Of a stretch of DNA of 58,328 nucleotides, positions 28,753 through 38,099 are shown piece by piece (position 1 is the first letter of the stretch; each line of letters opens with the position of its first letter). The notes beneath the pieces are model-generated. The model searched no databases and had not been told where the DNA came from. It saw nothing but the letters and a program-made list of their open reading frames with translations. Source of the DNA: a virus (lineage: Duplodnaviria; Caudoviricetes). The position numbers were made by a program, and so were the translations under genes. The stretch is from positions 1-58,328 of the IMG/VR virus record IMGVR_UViG_3300043414_000784; one strand, written 5' to 3'.

Positions 28753-30753
28753 ACTTGCGCCTTGCGATGCGTAACTTGTAACAGTTGCTGTTGTAGCCAT
28801 TGATAATTTATATGTTGTAGAACTTGATATAGTAACAATTGTAATTCTTGATGTTGTTAGTCCAAAACTTCCAGCAACACTTTCATTTCGGTGAAGCCAC
28901 CAAGAATCTATCATCGTGTTATCACTTTTTCTAACATAACCTAGATGAATAATGTCGGCCGTTCCTTTGCCGTATAATCCTGTTATTTCTGAATATAAAA
29001 TCCAAGTTCCAGCTGAAAGAGTCACGGTTGCACCAGAAATATCTGCAATTGCACCTGACGTTCCATAATTTGTATAAGTTCCTGAATTTAATCCGCTAAT
29101 AACTTCCCCAACATACCCCGCCGCCGGAGCTACGCCACTCGTACTACCCAACACAGGACCAGTTACCAATCCACCAGAAATCTGCAGCGGCAATGTCGCG
29201 CCAACAGCCGGGGCGTTCAGGGCGAAGTTAATACTACCGGAGACCCAGCCTGCGACCGGCGGCATCTGGACCTGCACAAATGCGTCCGGGCCGGAGATAA
29301 TCACGTCCACATTGAAGCCAGCCGGAGGCGTGTCGCCCGTGGTCTGGTAAGCTACCTTCCAAGCGTTAGCCGCGTCCTTAACGAACTGGGCCTTGATGTA
29401 AAAGCGTCTGTCAATTGTTGCATCAATGTAGACCCAGCCAGTCAATTCGCCTGCCGTATAAGCCGTGACGTTCTGGATGTTCGTGGTCTGGCTAACCAGT
29501 GCCGCGCCGTTCAAGCCAATTTGCGTCTGGACGTTAGCTCCGCCTACTACTGCGCCGCGCTTAGGAGCGACGTACAGACTGGTAGCCGAACTAGCAACAC
29601 CGATAGGCAGAGAAACCTGTCCGACAACGCTTGGCTCGGTTGCTGTGATAGCTCCAGCCGTTGCAGCCGAAAGGAAGTAGTTCTCGCCTACAGTTAAACC
29701 CGAAAGTCCTGCAACTTCTCCGGAGAGAGTTAATTCAAAAGTATTAGCGTCAATGACACGGGAGACCATACCTACGACTTCTGCCGTGTTTGCAGCGTCT
29801 GCCTTGGCCTTAGCGTAAACCGAGCCGTTCATATACAGGATGTCGCCGATAACAAAAGCATGCGATGCTTGAGTAACACGGTCTGTAGTACCGCCGCCGC
29901 CGAGGCTTGACCAGCCGGACAACTCGTTGTAGCCCTCGAATGCGTCGTCTGTATCGTTATAGCGAATCATACCCTTGAGCTGCGCAGCCGTGCCCGTCGG
30001 GCGGTTCGTCGTTGCATTACCCAAAGGAAGACGGAGTGCGCCTGTACCAGAAACAGTAAGCAGGCCGCTCTCTGCAGTCACGGAGCCGATTGTTTTGTTG
30101 GACAGAGTCTGTGAACCCGCTTCTGTGACGAGCACACCGGTTGCAGGGAAGGTGACGTTTGTCATGTCTGCGCCGGCACCGCCGCGAATCTTAGCAAGAG
30201 CTGCTTCAGAGTCGAGGTCACCGTTAGCGTCCGAGATAAGGACGTGGCTGTTACCTACGCCTGTCGTAAGGCTGCCAAGGTAAATACGGCTAGCAGAGTT
30301 AATTGCCACGCCGCTCATTGTTGGGTTGGTAATGCTTGCGCTGGCAATTGTACCGCCGGAGATTGTCTTTTGTGATAAAGTCTGGCTAGAGTCTGTGTCT
30401 ACTATAACTTTAGGAACGCCGGAACCTTTACCAACTGTTAAGAGTAGGTCGTCCGAGTCCCAAACCATAGAGCCTGCAGCAGTCTGTGCTGGGCTTGCGG
30501 TAGCAGGCAATACTATTGTGCTGGCTGAGTTGATTGCCGCGCTCGTCATAACAGGAGCTGTCAGCGTCTTGTTAGTCAGAGTCTGCGCAGTGTCTTTCAT
30601 TACCATTTCGTCCGCGCCGTCAAGCACGTCCGGGATAGTAACTATAGTTTCGCCTGCGGCTGTTTGCTCGCTTGCTTCGATTTTGACTGTCTTGCCGCTT
30701 GCAAGGCGGATGACTAAGGATGCTAATTCTGTTAGAGCACCATATAACCGCAT
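28729..30753 (-). CDS. Tail fibre protein
   Basis: QTLTNKT/QTLSNKT repeats, GMIRYN...FEGY, beta-rich tip domain. Confidence 0.8.
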   Translation of the reverse strand: MRLYGALTELASLVIRLASGKTVKIEASEQTAAGETIVTIPDVLDGADEMVMKDTAQTLTNKTLTAPVMTSAAINSASTIVLPATASPAQTAAGSMVWDSDDLLLTVGKGSGVPKVIVDTDSSQTLSQKTISGGTIASASITNPTMSGVAINSASRIYLGSLTTGVGNSHVLISDANGDLDSEAALAKIRGGAGADMTNVTFPATGVLVTEAGSQTLSNKTIGSVTAESGLLTVSGTGALRLPLGNATTNRPTGTAAQLKGMIRYNDTDDAFEGYNELSGWSSLGGGGTTDRVTQASHAFVIGDILYMNGSVYAKAKADAANTAEVVGMVSRVIDANTFELTLSGEVAGLSGLTVGENYFLSAATAGAITATEPSVVGQVSLPIGVASSATSLYVAPKRGAVVGGANVQTQIGLNGAALVSQTTNIQNVTAYTAGELTGWVYIDATIDRRFYIKAQFVKDAANAWKVAYQTTGDTPPAGFNVDVIISGPDAFVQVQMPPVAGWVSGSINFALNAPAVGATLPLQISGGLVTGPVLGSTSGVAPAAGYVGEVISGLNSGTYTNYGTSGAIADISGATVTLSAGTWILYSEITGLYGKGTADIIHLGYVRKSDNTMIDSWWLHRNESVAGSFGLTTSRITIVTISSSTTYKLSMATTATVTSYASQGASIRAVRIA

Positions 30754-30774
30754 GTATTTATTCTCCTTTTTGTG

Positions 30775-31653
30775 TTATCCGCCGAGGGTTGCTAGTCGTC
30801 GTTCTAATTCTAACACCTTAGCTTCTAGTTTCTCTACGTTCTGTTTAGCGTTCTCGATTGTCATACTGGACTGGATTCTAAAATTGACTGTATTCCCCTG
30901 GAAGCTCGCGTGTGGACACACCATCTCGACCGTGTTTGCCGAAGCAGTAGTGTCGGTCGACACAAGGGCAGTCATCACCACTTCGGTAGCGCCTTCTGGT
31001 CCCCGGGCCGACGAGGGCTCGCGTGTCAGAGGGATGCGCTGCATACCGGGATATACTCCTGGGTCTGCTCCGAAGTGTAGCAAGTAGGTCCCAGGTACCA
31101 CCGGAGTCGTTCCTGTGTAGGACACACGGGAGCGGTACCAGGATGCGCCGTTCAGACCGTCTGCTTGCGGAAGAGTGTACAGCGACAGGAAAGGCAATTT
31201 GTTAGTGTAGGTCGTGACGACCATCCAGAAACTATTGACCTGCCCGTATTGCACTGCTTGCTGGGTATAGCTAAAGAAGTACCAGTTAAGCTTTTGTCCA
31301 GTCGTAGCGTTCTTGAAGTACCAACCTTCCCGACCGGATGGGTCTGCCACCGGGGCTGCACCGTCTGCATAAACCTGCGAGTTGGACTCGTAGATTGTAT
31401 TAGCCGGTGCGACCGAGGACTTGTCCATCATGTCGAGGCGTTGCCATTGGGTTCCGTTGTGGAGGAGCCAGTCGCCCGCGTCTGTCTCTATGAATGTTTT
31501 ACCACCCAACGAACAGACGTAGTACTCGCCTTTCTTGCCGGTCGCATGCGAGAGTGCGGGTACATTGGTCGCGGCGTTCCACGTTCCTTTGTAGTCCAGC
31601 ACGCCTAGCTTCTTTGCGAATCCATCCAGAAAGCCCACCCGTTCGTACCTCAC
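30775..31653 (-). CDS. Tail/virion-associated protein
   Basis: YKGTWNAATN...GDWLLHNGTQWQRLD module; C-terminal coiled coil. Confidence 0.6.
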   Translation of the reverse strand: MRYERVGFLDGFAKKLGVLDYKGTWNAATNVPALSHATGKKGEYYVCSLGGKTFIETDAGDWLLHNGTQWQRLDMMDKSSVAPANTIYESNSQVYADGAAPVADPSGREGWYFKNATTGQKLNWYFFSYTQQAVQYGQVNSFWMVVTTYTNKLPFLSLYTLPQADGLNGASWYRSRVSYTGTTPVVPGTYLLHFGADPGVYPGMQRIPLTREPSSARGPEGATEVVMTALVSTDTTASANTVEMVCPHASFQGNTVNFRIQSSMTIENAKQNVEKLEAKVLELERRLATLGG

Positions 31654-31698
31654 TCGTAAGGAGCCTTCCCCTGCGGGTCGGCTCGCTCGTTCATTTTT

Positions 31699-31725
31699 TA
31701 ATAAAGCAGGGGCCTGTTAGACCCC
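31699..31725 (-). terminator. Possible rho-independent terminator
   Basis: GGGGTCT-AAC-AGGCCCC followed by TGCTTTATT, just after the stop at 31732. Confidence 0.5.
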
Positions 31726-31731
31726 GAAGCG

Positions 31732-34185
31732 TTACGCCTGATATTGAACGAAAATCCAGTCGCCGGAAGCCAACGACTCTTGTCCAGGGCTGACCAAGGA
31801 GTTCAAGAAGGTAACTCTCGAAACACCGCCGACCGTAGTCACAGTGTAGTCAAGGCTTGCTCCTTCGTGAATCATCAGGCGGCCTACTGCGATAGAAGTA
31901 GACTTCGATACTGCAGCGTGGTCGAGCATGATATAGCCGTTGCTTACATCTTGAGCCGACAACTGCACTGCCTTCTTGTAGAAAGCCTTAGCTTCGAGAG
32001 CCGAGATACGGGAGTTGTGAGCCGTGTCCACGCTTGAACGTGCTGCAGCTTCAACTGACATCTCTTGGTCTACGTAGCCCTTAGGAGCAGCGTGCTTAGC
32101 CAAGGTAGGCATTGCAACAGCGCCATTGCTTTCTTGGAGGTTGATGAAGCCTGCACCGATGAATGTCTGAGCTCCACCGAGGTTAGCACCAGCTTCGACC
32201 TTGATTGCTCCGCCGACCATTTCTGTAGTCAGGTTGTTTGGACTTGCGTAGCCAAACACTGCGCTGGACTCAGAAGCGTCGAACAAGGCAACGGTCTGGC
32301 CGGATGGGTTCTTAACGCGGAGGTCAGCGTTCTGGAAAATCATCTCGCCAGTGATAGTATCGCCAGCTTTGTTGACTTTCAGGGCTTCAGCAGCTTCAGC
32401 GCGGCTACGCTCTGCAGAGACTGCAGCAGCACGAGCAGATGCTTCAGAAGCAACGCTTGCGGAAAGACCAGCTTCAGCGGATTCAGCACGAGCTTTTTCT
32501 GCAACAACTTTAGCGTCAACTGCACCAATTTGGCCAGCCATAGTAGCAGCAAAGTTCGCGTCTCCACCGATTGCGTCGGAGATTTCTTTCAATGTGTCGA
32601 GGATTGCAGGAGCCGAGTTAACCAGGGCTGCAACCTTAGCATCAGCATACGATTGAGCTGAACTAAGAGTAGCGGCGTCGCCTGCAACGCGAGCTGCGCT
32701 TTCAGAAGCAAGGCTTGCGGAGAGAGCTGCATCAGCGGCCTGACGAGCAGAAGCCTCACCGGAGACAGCAACACCACGAGCGGCAATTTCGCCGTCGATT
32801 GCGCTTTGGAGGGCAGCGTCGTTAGCCGAACGGGTTGCAGCTTCAGCGGAAACGGCAGCTTGACGGTCAGAGATTTCAGTGCTGAGCGAGGACTGGAGTC
32901 CGGCTTCGGCAGTCTGAGCACGGGTGACTTCACTTGATAGGTTATTCTGGAGAGTAGTAACAGCAGCTTGACGTGCAGAAACTTCTGAAGAAAGGCTTGC
33001 CTGAAGAGCAGAGTCTGCATTTCCACGGCTAAGTGCTTCAGCAGCGATTGCAGCTTCGAGGTCGTCGATTGCTTCGCTAAGGTCTTGTCCGACTGCGCCT
33101 TGAAGAGCAGTGACGGCGGACTGTAGGCTAGCTTCAGCGGCTTGTGCGCGGCTAACTTCTGAGCTTAACGAGCTTTGTAGACTAGAGACAGCACTTGCAC
33201 GGGAAGATGCTTCTGCGTTAATAGCAGATTGAAGGGCAGCGTCTGCAGCTTGGCGTGCGCTGGCTTCAGCAGAAACAGCGGCAGCGCGGGCTGTAGCTTC
33301 AGCCGAGACTGCAGCGGAGAGTGCTGCTTCGGCGGCCATTGCGCGGGATTCTTCTGCGTCCAATTCGCCTTGAACTGCAGATACTGCAGCTGCACGTGCG
33401 CTTGCTTCTGCACTGACAGCAGCGGCGCGAGCAGCAGCTTCAGCGTTAACATTGGATTGAACTGTAGCAACAGAGTTTGCAATCGAAGAAGCAAAGTTAG
33501 CGTCGTCGCCGATAGCCGCAGCCAACTCGTTAAGAGTATCAAGCAGGCCAGGAGCGCCATCGATAAGGTCGGAAATCTTTTGGTCGGCATATGCTTTAGC
33601 GTCTGCTTTAGCCTTAGCGACTGAGCCTTCGCCTGCACCTTCAATGACGTCCAAACGAGCGTCAAGAGCAACGTCTGCAGCCTGGCGAGCCGAAGCTTCG
33701 CTGGAAACTGCTGCTGCACGAGCAGAGGCTTCTGAGTCAATGTTTGCTTGAAGAGCCGAGTCAGCGGAAGTACGAGCTGCAGCTTCCGATGCGATAGCGG
33801 CAGCGCGAGCAGCGGCTTCGCTTGCAACGGCAGATGCGCGGGCGGATGCTTCGGCTGTGATATTTGCCTGGAGAACTGCGTCGGCAGCTTGGCGGGCGCT
33901 AGCCTCGGCCGATACTGCTGCAGCACGGGCGGATGCTTCGGCAGAGACAGCGGCAGACAATGCAGCTTCTGCAGCCTGGGCGCGGGACTTTTCTGTCTCG
34001 AGGTCGGCATCAAGAGCGAGTTCGTCGCCGTTAGCGAGAATCTCACCGTTTGGTCCAATCTTGAGGAGCTCAATGTCCAAACCGTTTTCGTCGGTTGCAC
34101 GGATTGCTTCACCTTGTTTAAGTTTAAGCTTCGAGCCGTCGACGGCCTCGTTGGAGATAAATTTACCTTTAATCTGTAATGCCAT
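31732..34185 (-). CDS. Long Ala-rich coiled-coil fibre/whisker protein
   Basis: About 11-residue AEASARAAAVS repeats; two L..GAP..LDTL.E...AI..DANFA motifs. Confidence 0.8.
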   Translation of the reverse strand: MALQIKGKFISNEAVDGSKLKLKQGEAIRATDENGLDIELLKIGPNGEILANGDELALDADLETEKSRAQAAEAALSAAVSAEASARAAAVSAEASARQAADAVLQANITAEASARASAVASEAAARAAAIASEAAARTSADSALQANIDSEASARAAAVSSEASARQAADVALDARLDVIEGAGEGSVAKAKADAKAYADQKISDLIDGAPGLLDTLNELAAAIGDDANFASSIANSVATVQSNVNAEAAARAAAVSAEASARAAAVSAVQGELDAEESRAMAAEAALSAAVSAEATARAAAVSAEASARQAADAALQSAINAEASSRASAVSSLQSSLSSEVSRAQAAEASLQSAVTALQGAVGQDLSEAIDDLEAAIAAEALSRGNADSALQASLSSEVSARQAAVTTLQNNLSSEVTRAQTAEAGLQSSLSTEISDRQAAVSAEAATRSANDAALQSAIDGEIAARGVAVSGEASARQAADAALSASLASESAARVAGDAATLSSAQSYADAKVAALVNSAPAILDTLKEISDAIGGDANFAATMAGQIGAVDAKVVAEKARAESAEAGLSASVASEASARAAAVSAERSRAEAAEALKVNKAGDTITGEMIFQNADLRVKNPSGQTVALFDASESSAVFGYASPNNLTTEMVGGAIKVEAGANLGGAQTFIGAGFINLQESNGAVAMPTLAKHAAPKGYVDQEMSVEAAARSSVDTAHNSRISALEAKAFYKKAVQLSAQDVSNGYIMLDHAAVSKSTSIAVGRLMIHEGASLDYTVTTVGGVSRVTFLNSLVSPGQESLASGDWIFVQYQA

Positions 34186-34242
34186 GTTGGACTTCTCCTA
34201 TAAGCGCAGAAGTGCGCCGGAGGCTAATATAAGCTGGCTAGA

Positions 34243-35025
34243 TTAAGGTGTCCAGTAGGTGATGCGGAATATCTCGTCTGCCAAGTCTTCGTTAAGAAGG
34301 TTTGGGCCAAAGACTAGCCTAACATCTCCATTTGGCATGTAAGTCACTGTGTAGTCTTCGCCTGTACCTTCGAAGAGCGGGATACGGTCAAGGAAGGCCA
34401 CGACTGAGTTAGGAATAACTTGTCCTGTAGTCAGGGTTACATAGCCATTTATGATGTCTTGGGCGGTTACTATTATCTTTCTTTTGACGGCAGTAGGTGC
34501 TGGTCGAAAGGCCAGCCAGTCAGAGGGAGCAGTCTTGTCCTTGGAAACATAAAGGACAGGGGGGTTAACCGAGTTATCAAGGACTATCGCACCTTTCGTC
34601 TCTGGTATCCCAGTTGGAGCCCCCTGCTGAATTTCTACACCCGTGATGTTATCAACGGCTTGCAGAAAGTCAGTAATTTGTGCAGCAGTAATGGCAATTG
34701 GTTTAGCGGCAATCTGGGTTACTCGACCCTTTTTGTCTGCCGTAAGTTGGAATGTAGCCGAAGCGTTGTTAAACTCGAATAGGTTCTCACGGACGTCTTT
34801 TAGGGATAAGCCAGCTTCTTCGCTCGCCTCAACGTCGCCAAGTTTAGTTGTATCTGCTTCGACTATTTGTTCAGATTCACTACCAACGTAGACATGCTTT
34901 GGCGCGAGCTTTGATAAAAACTCAGCGAATCTATCGATGGCATAAAGGTTTGCTTTAGCCTCGCTAGACAAGTTATCCGACACAAAAAGGCGGAGATTTC
35001 TAGTGCGTGGGGTGCTCGTAGCCAC
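34243..35025 (-). CDS. Fibre attachment/virion protein
   Basis: N-terminus paralogous to 35084..36739; C-terminus paralogous to 31732..34185; AAGGAG RBS. Confidence 0.65.
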   Translation of the reverse strand: MATSTPRTRNLRLFVSDNLSSEAKANLYAIDRFAEFLSKLAPKHVYVGSESEQIVEADTTKLGDVEASEEAGLSLKDVRENLFEFNNASATFQLTADKKGRVTQIAAKPIAITAAQITDFLQAVDNITGVEIQQGAPTGIPETKGAIVLDNSVNPPVLYVSKDKTAPSDWLAFRPAPTAVKRKIIVTAQDIINGYVTLTTGQVIPNSVVAFLDRIPLFEGTGEDYTVTYMPNGDVRLVFGPNLLNEDLADEIFRITYWTP

Positions 35026-35047
35026 AGAGGTCTCCTTCTCTTCGACG

Positions 35048-35077
35048 ACTTTACGAGAGAGAAGGTAGGTAAGTCAA
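35048..35077 (-). promoter_or_regulatory. sigma70-like promoter
   Basis: TTGACT-N18-TAAAGT in the intergenic gap. Confidence 0.5.
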
Positions 35078-35083
35078 GAAAAA

Positions 35084-36739
35084 TCAAACCTTGAGAATGA
35101 GGACACGCCAGGTGAATGTCGCTGGTTTGTTTTGTCCGCTGAGAATTACTGTATTGGTAGTCCGCAAGATGCTATCTAAACCAATTGTTTCACCGTTTGC
35201 TGTGTCCACGACTTGTACGATAGTGTCTACCGAACCAAGGTTGTGAGTCACAACGAATGGGTCTATGTCTGCCTGAGTCCAGTTAGCCTTGAATGACTGA
35301 ACACCGATTGCAGACGATAATGCACTCAGAGTTGTCTTCTTTAGTGTGTTGGAATCGGCAGAGTCTGCCAGGAGGATTGTATCTGCTCCAACCGGCGATG
35401 CTTTCGATATGGCTACCGTAGGGTCTACGGAGAGGGTTCTGGTTGCAGAGATGTCTCCACCGCCGGATAGGCCTCCGTTGGCTGCCGGGTTGATAGACAC
35501 CGAGGTATGCGCAACGTGCTCGTCTGCCACAAAGTTTGTAATAAGGTCGTGGTCGATTGCGACAGGTGCGGCTACAGTAACACGTCCTTTTGCGTCCACC
35601 GTGACTTGCGACGACTGTGTTGCTGACCCGTAGGTCCCGGAGGTTACGCCGCTTGGTTTGAGGACTAGGCCTTCTCCTACAGAAGCAATGATGTCCGAGG
35701 AGTTTAGTACACCAGGGTTAGCCGGTGTAGGGGTTCCACCGAGTCCTACATAGATTTCACCTGTCTGTAGGAAGGTAGTACCTGTGCTGACCCAGCCTAA
35801 TGGAATCTGTGTCTGACCAGGAGCTTGAGGTAACATAGCCAGAGCCTGGCCTACAATTCCTGGCGCGGATGGTAAGATGAACTCGTAGTTATTCGGGATG
35901 TTTGCCGGAGCCTTAATCACTGCTTTTTGGTTCAAGGCATTGCGTACCGAGAGTCCGCCGCTTGTTATGACTTCCTGCGTCTGGAAGTCTGTGTCGACTT
36001 TCGTGCCGGCTAGTTTATGCAAAGGATTGGCTGACCAGTCAGTGTTACGCAATTGGCCTAGTAGATTGACTTGGCTGTAGCTAAGTTGCTCGCCTGGAAT
36101 ATTGGTAAAGTCTGTCGCTCGGATAGAGTTTGTCAGGACTAGTTTTGAGTAGGCAATGTTTGCACTGGCAGAGACATCGCTATTAGTTATCTTGCCTGTC
36201 AGGTTTATACTATTGCTGCTATCAATTACTTTATTAGAGAGAGTCTGAGGTGAGCTTGTGTTAACTAGAGTCTGCTCGCCAGGAAGCAAGGTTGCTGTCA
36301 CACTACCCGAGGCTAGCAAAGAGATGTTATGCCCGGTTGTGAAGTCTCCGCCAAGAGAAAGGACTCGATTAGCTCCGCCTGTATTGAGTGTCAGGGTCGA
36401 GGCTATCGTATCGGCTGAGGTAAGGGTTAGTATGTTCTTGATTTTGATTGGCGTGTAGAAGGTAGCTAGAGAGACTGGGTGAAAGTCCATCGTAACTACT
36501 TTGTTGTTCACTGTACCGAAAGACATTGTACCAGTGTTGGCTGTCCCGTTAAGGTCGTCTGCCGCTGGCTGGAAGACCATGTTAGTCTTCGCACGGAAAG
36601 TGATAGTCTCTGTGGACTCTATGAATGTATTGTCTGCAAGACGGTCAATAATCTCAAGGTTTGCTCTTGCCTCGGCCGTTAAGCCAGAGGACAAGAACAA
36701 CCTAAGATTTCTGGTTCTTGTGGTTGTACCGTTAGCCAT
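35084..36739 (-). CDS. Tail fibre/virion protein
   Basis: QTLSNK, GTYGSAT...VTVDAKGRVT and VTHNLG motifs. Confidence 0.7.
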   Translation of the reverse strand: MANGTTTRTRNLRLFLSSGLTAEARANLEIIDRLADNTFIESTETITFRAKTNMVFQPAADDLNGTANTGTMSFGTVNNKVVTMDFHPVSLATFYTPIKIKNILTLTSADTIASTLTLNTGGANRVLSLGGDFTTGHNISLLASGSVTATLLPGEQTLVNTSSPQTLSNKVIDSSNSINLTGKITNSDVSASANIAYSKLVLTNSIRATDFTNIPGEQLSYSQVNLLGQLRNTDWSANPLHKLAGTKVDTDFQTQEVITSGGLSVRNALNQKAVIKAPANIPNNYEFILPSAPGIVGQALAMLPQAPGQTQIPLGWVSTGTTFLQTGEIYVGLGGTPTPANPGVLNSSDIIASVGEGLVLKPSGVTSGTYGSATQSSQVTVDAKGRVTVAAPVAIDHDLITNFVADEHVAHTSVSINPAANGGLSGGGDISATRTLSVDPTVAISKASPVGADTILLADSADSNTLKKTTLSALSSAIGVQSFKANWTQADIDPFVVTHNLGSVDTIVQVVDTANGETIGLDSILRTTNTVILSGQNKPATFTWRVLILKV

Positions 36740-36772
36740 GTAAGAGCTCCGTCCTAACTAGAGGAGAGCTCC

Positions 36773-37114
36773 TTACGCTAGGGCTCTCACGACGATGTAT
36801 GAAAGAACAGTCGAAGCACCTGGGTCTGCGCTGAGTGTGACAGCGACAGAGTCTGTGCCTGGAACTGACTTTACTACATAGGAGGCGTTAGTGGAAGCCT
36901 GAACTTGAACAATTACAACATCTGTTGCAACAACACCGGCAGCGGTGATATTTGCCAAAGTTGAACCGCCAGTAAAGTTGACTTTACCGGAGATAGCTAC
37001 CTGTACTGGAATAGCTGCAGCGACGGACTCAAGTAGCTTGCGCTCGCGTTGGCCGAACCGGCGGGATGGGTATTTGCCTGCTTTGTTTGCTTCTGGTTTC
37101 AAACTGATAGCCAT
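36773..37114 (-). CDS. Small beta-rich virion protein (possible decoration protein)
   Basis: AAGGAG RBS; Val/Thr-rich beta pattern; near the capsid gene. Confidence 0.55.
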   Translation of the reverse strand: MAISLKPEANKAGKYPSRRFGQRERKLLESVAAAIPVQVAISGKVNFTGGSTLANITAAGVVATDVVIVQVQASTNASYVVKSVPGTDSVAVTLSADPGASTVLSYIVVRALA

Positions 37115-37177
37115 GGGATGTCTCCTTCGAGGGTTGTTACGTGGCTAAAACTTGGGCAGCCACCACCCGGTTTATTC

Positions 37178-37354
37178 TTACTCTTTTTTCTTTTTCTTGG
37201 CTACAGGCATTCTGTCTTTCATTTTGTCGTACTTGGACTTGCCTGCCTCGGACAGGGCGATAGCGACTGCCTGCTTCTGTGGTCTACCGGACTTCATAAG
37301 TTCCGAGATGTTTGAACTAACTACCTTGTCTGACTTACCTTTTTTCAGTGGCAT
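37178..37354 (-). CDS. Small basic protein, 58 aa (not in the ORF track)
   Basis: AGGAG RBS; [39 protein letters not shown]..., a common phage pattern. Confidence 0.8.
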   Translation of the reverse strand: MPLKKGKSDKVVSSNISELMKSGRPQKQAVAIALSEAGKSKYDKMKDRMPVAKKKKKE

Positions 37355-37363
37355 GGCCTACTC

Positions 37364-38038
37364 CTACATCGACATGCTGCGTTTTGGTAACCGTCTGAGT
37401 GCTTTGCTTAGGGCAGAACCGCCTCTTCGAGGGGCTGGCTCTTCTCCTGTTAATCTGGATACGTTCTGCATTGGTTGCGGTTGCTCGAATCTTTTGTAGT
37501 TTGTATCTACAGGTTCTCTAGGTCTAGGCACTGTTTGTTGTATTGGTGCAGTAACAACTTGGTTATCCTCTGCATTCGGGTCGATGTTTGGCAAGGCCAT
37601 TATGGCAGAACCACCGGATGCTACCTTTGTACCTTCGGATAGTTTGTCAGCTATACGCTGGACTACCGGAGTATAGCTACTTGAACCAAGAGTATTTTGT
37701 ACGTCTTGTCTGTCCTCTGCCATGCCTTTTTGTACGAATGCGGAGTTGCTTGCACGATTTGCAGAGGTCATAGCTTTGCCCATGGCTACTTGTGCATCTA
37801 CCGGGTCAAACGCCTGGGGGCCAATCTTTGTACCGGTCAGGCCTGTTGGGTTTTCTGGCATAGCTTTTACTTTGGGTGCTCGGTCTTGGTATGGTTGCGC
37901 TATTGATTTAAAGAAGTTACCAGTGCTGTTTGCGGCACTTTGCGCTACGTTCTGTACCTTCTGCAGGATTGCAGGTTTGTTCTCAATCTTGACTGCGTTT
38001 TGGGCCTTGCTGACCCATTTGGGTTTTTTCCAAGCCAT
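37364..38038 (-). CDS. Hypothetical protein
   Basis: AGGAG RBS; in operon. Confidence 0.65.
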   Translation of the reverse strand: MAWKKPKWVSKAQNAVKIENKPAILQKVQNVAQSAANSTGNFFKSIAQPYQDRAPKVKAMPENPTGLTGTKIGPQAFDPVDAQVAMGKAMTSANRASNSAFVQKGMAEDRQDVQNTLGSSSYTPVVQRIADKLSEGTKVASGGSAIMALPNIDPNAEDNQVVTAPIQQTVPRPREPVDTNYKRFEQPQPMQNVSRLTGEEPAPRRGGSALSKALRRLPKRSMSM

Positions 38039-38052
38039 ATCTAGCTCCTATG

Positions 38053-38077
38053 AAAAAGGAGGAGACTAAGCTCCCCC
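38053..38077 (-). terminator. Rho-independent terminator after the major capsid gene
   Basis: GGGGGAG-CTTAGT-CTCCTCC followed by TTTTT. Confidence 0.7.
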
Positions 38078-38099
38078 GGTTAGGCTAGCGGTCTGCTTA

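Noticed and set aside
28221-29123. Diversity-generating retroelement or shufflon at the fibre tips
   Set aside because: No reverse transcriptase or invertase gene; the repeats are direct and the cassettes differ far beyond adenine positions
31744-34246. Many long alternative-frame and antisense ORFs over the Ala-rich fibre (also over 9562-24123)
   Set aside because: Explained by repetitive GCN/GAA codon usage that suppresses stops; no RBS or protein-like features
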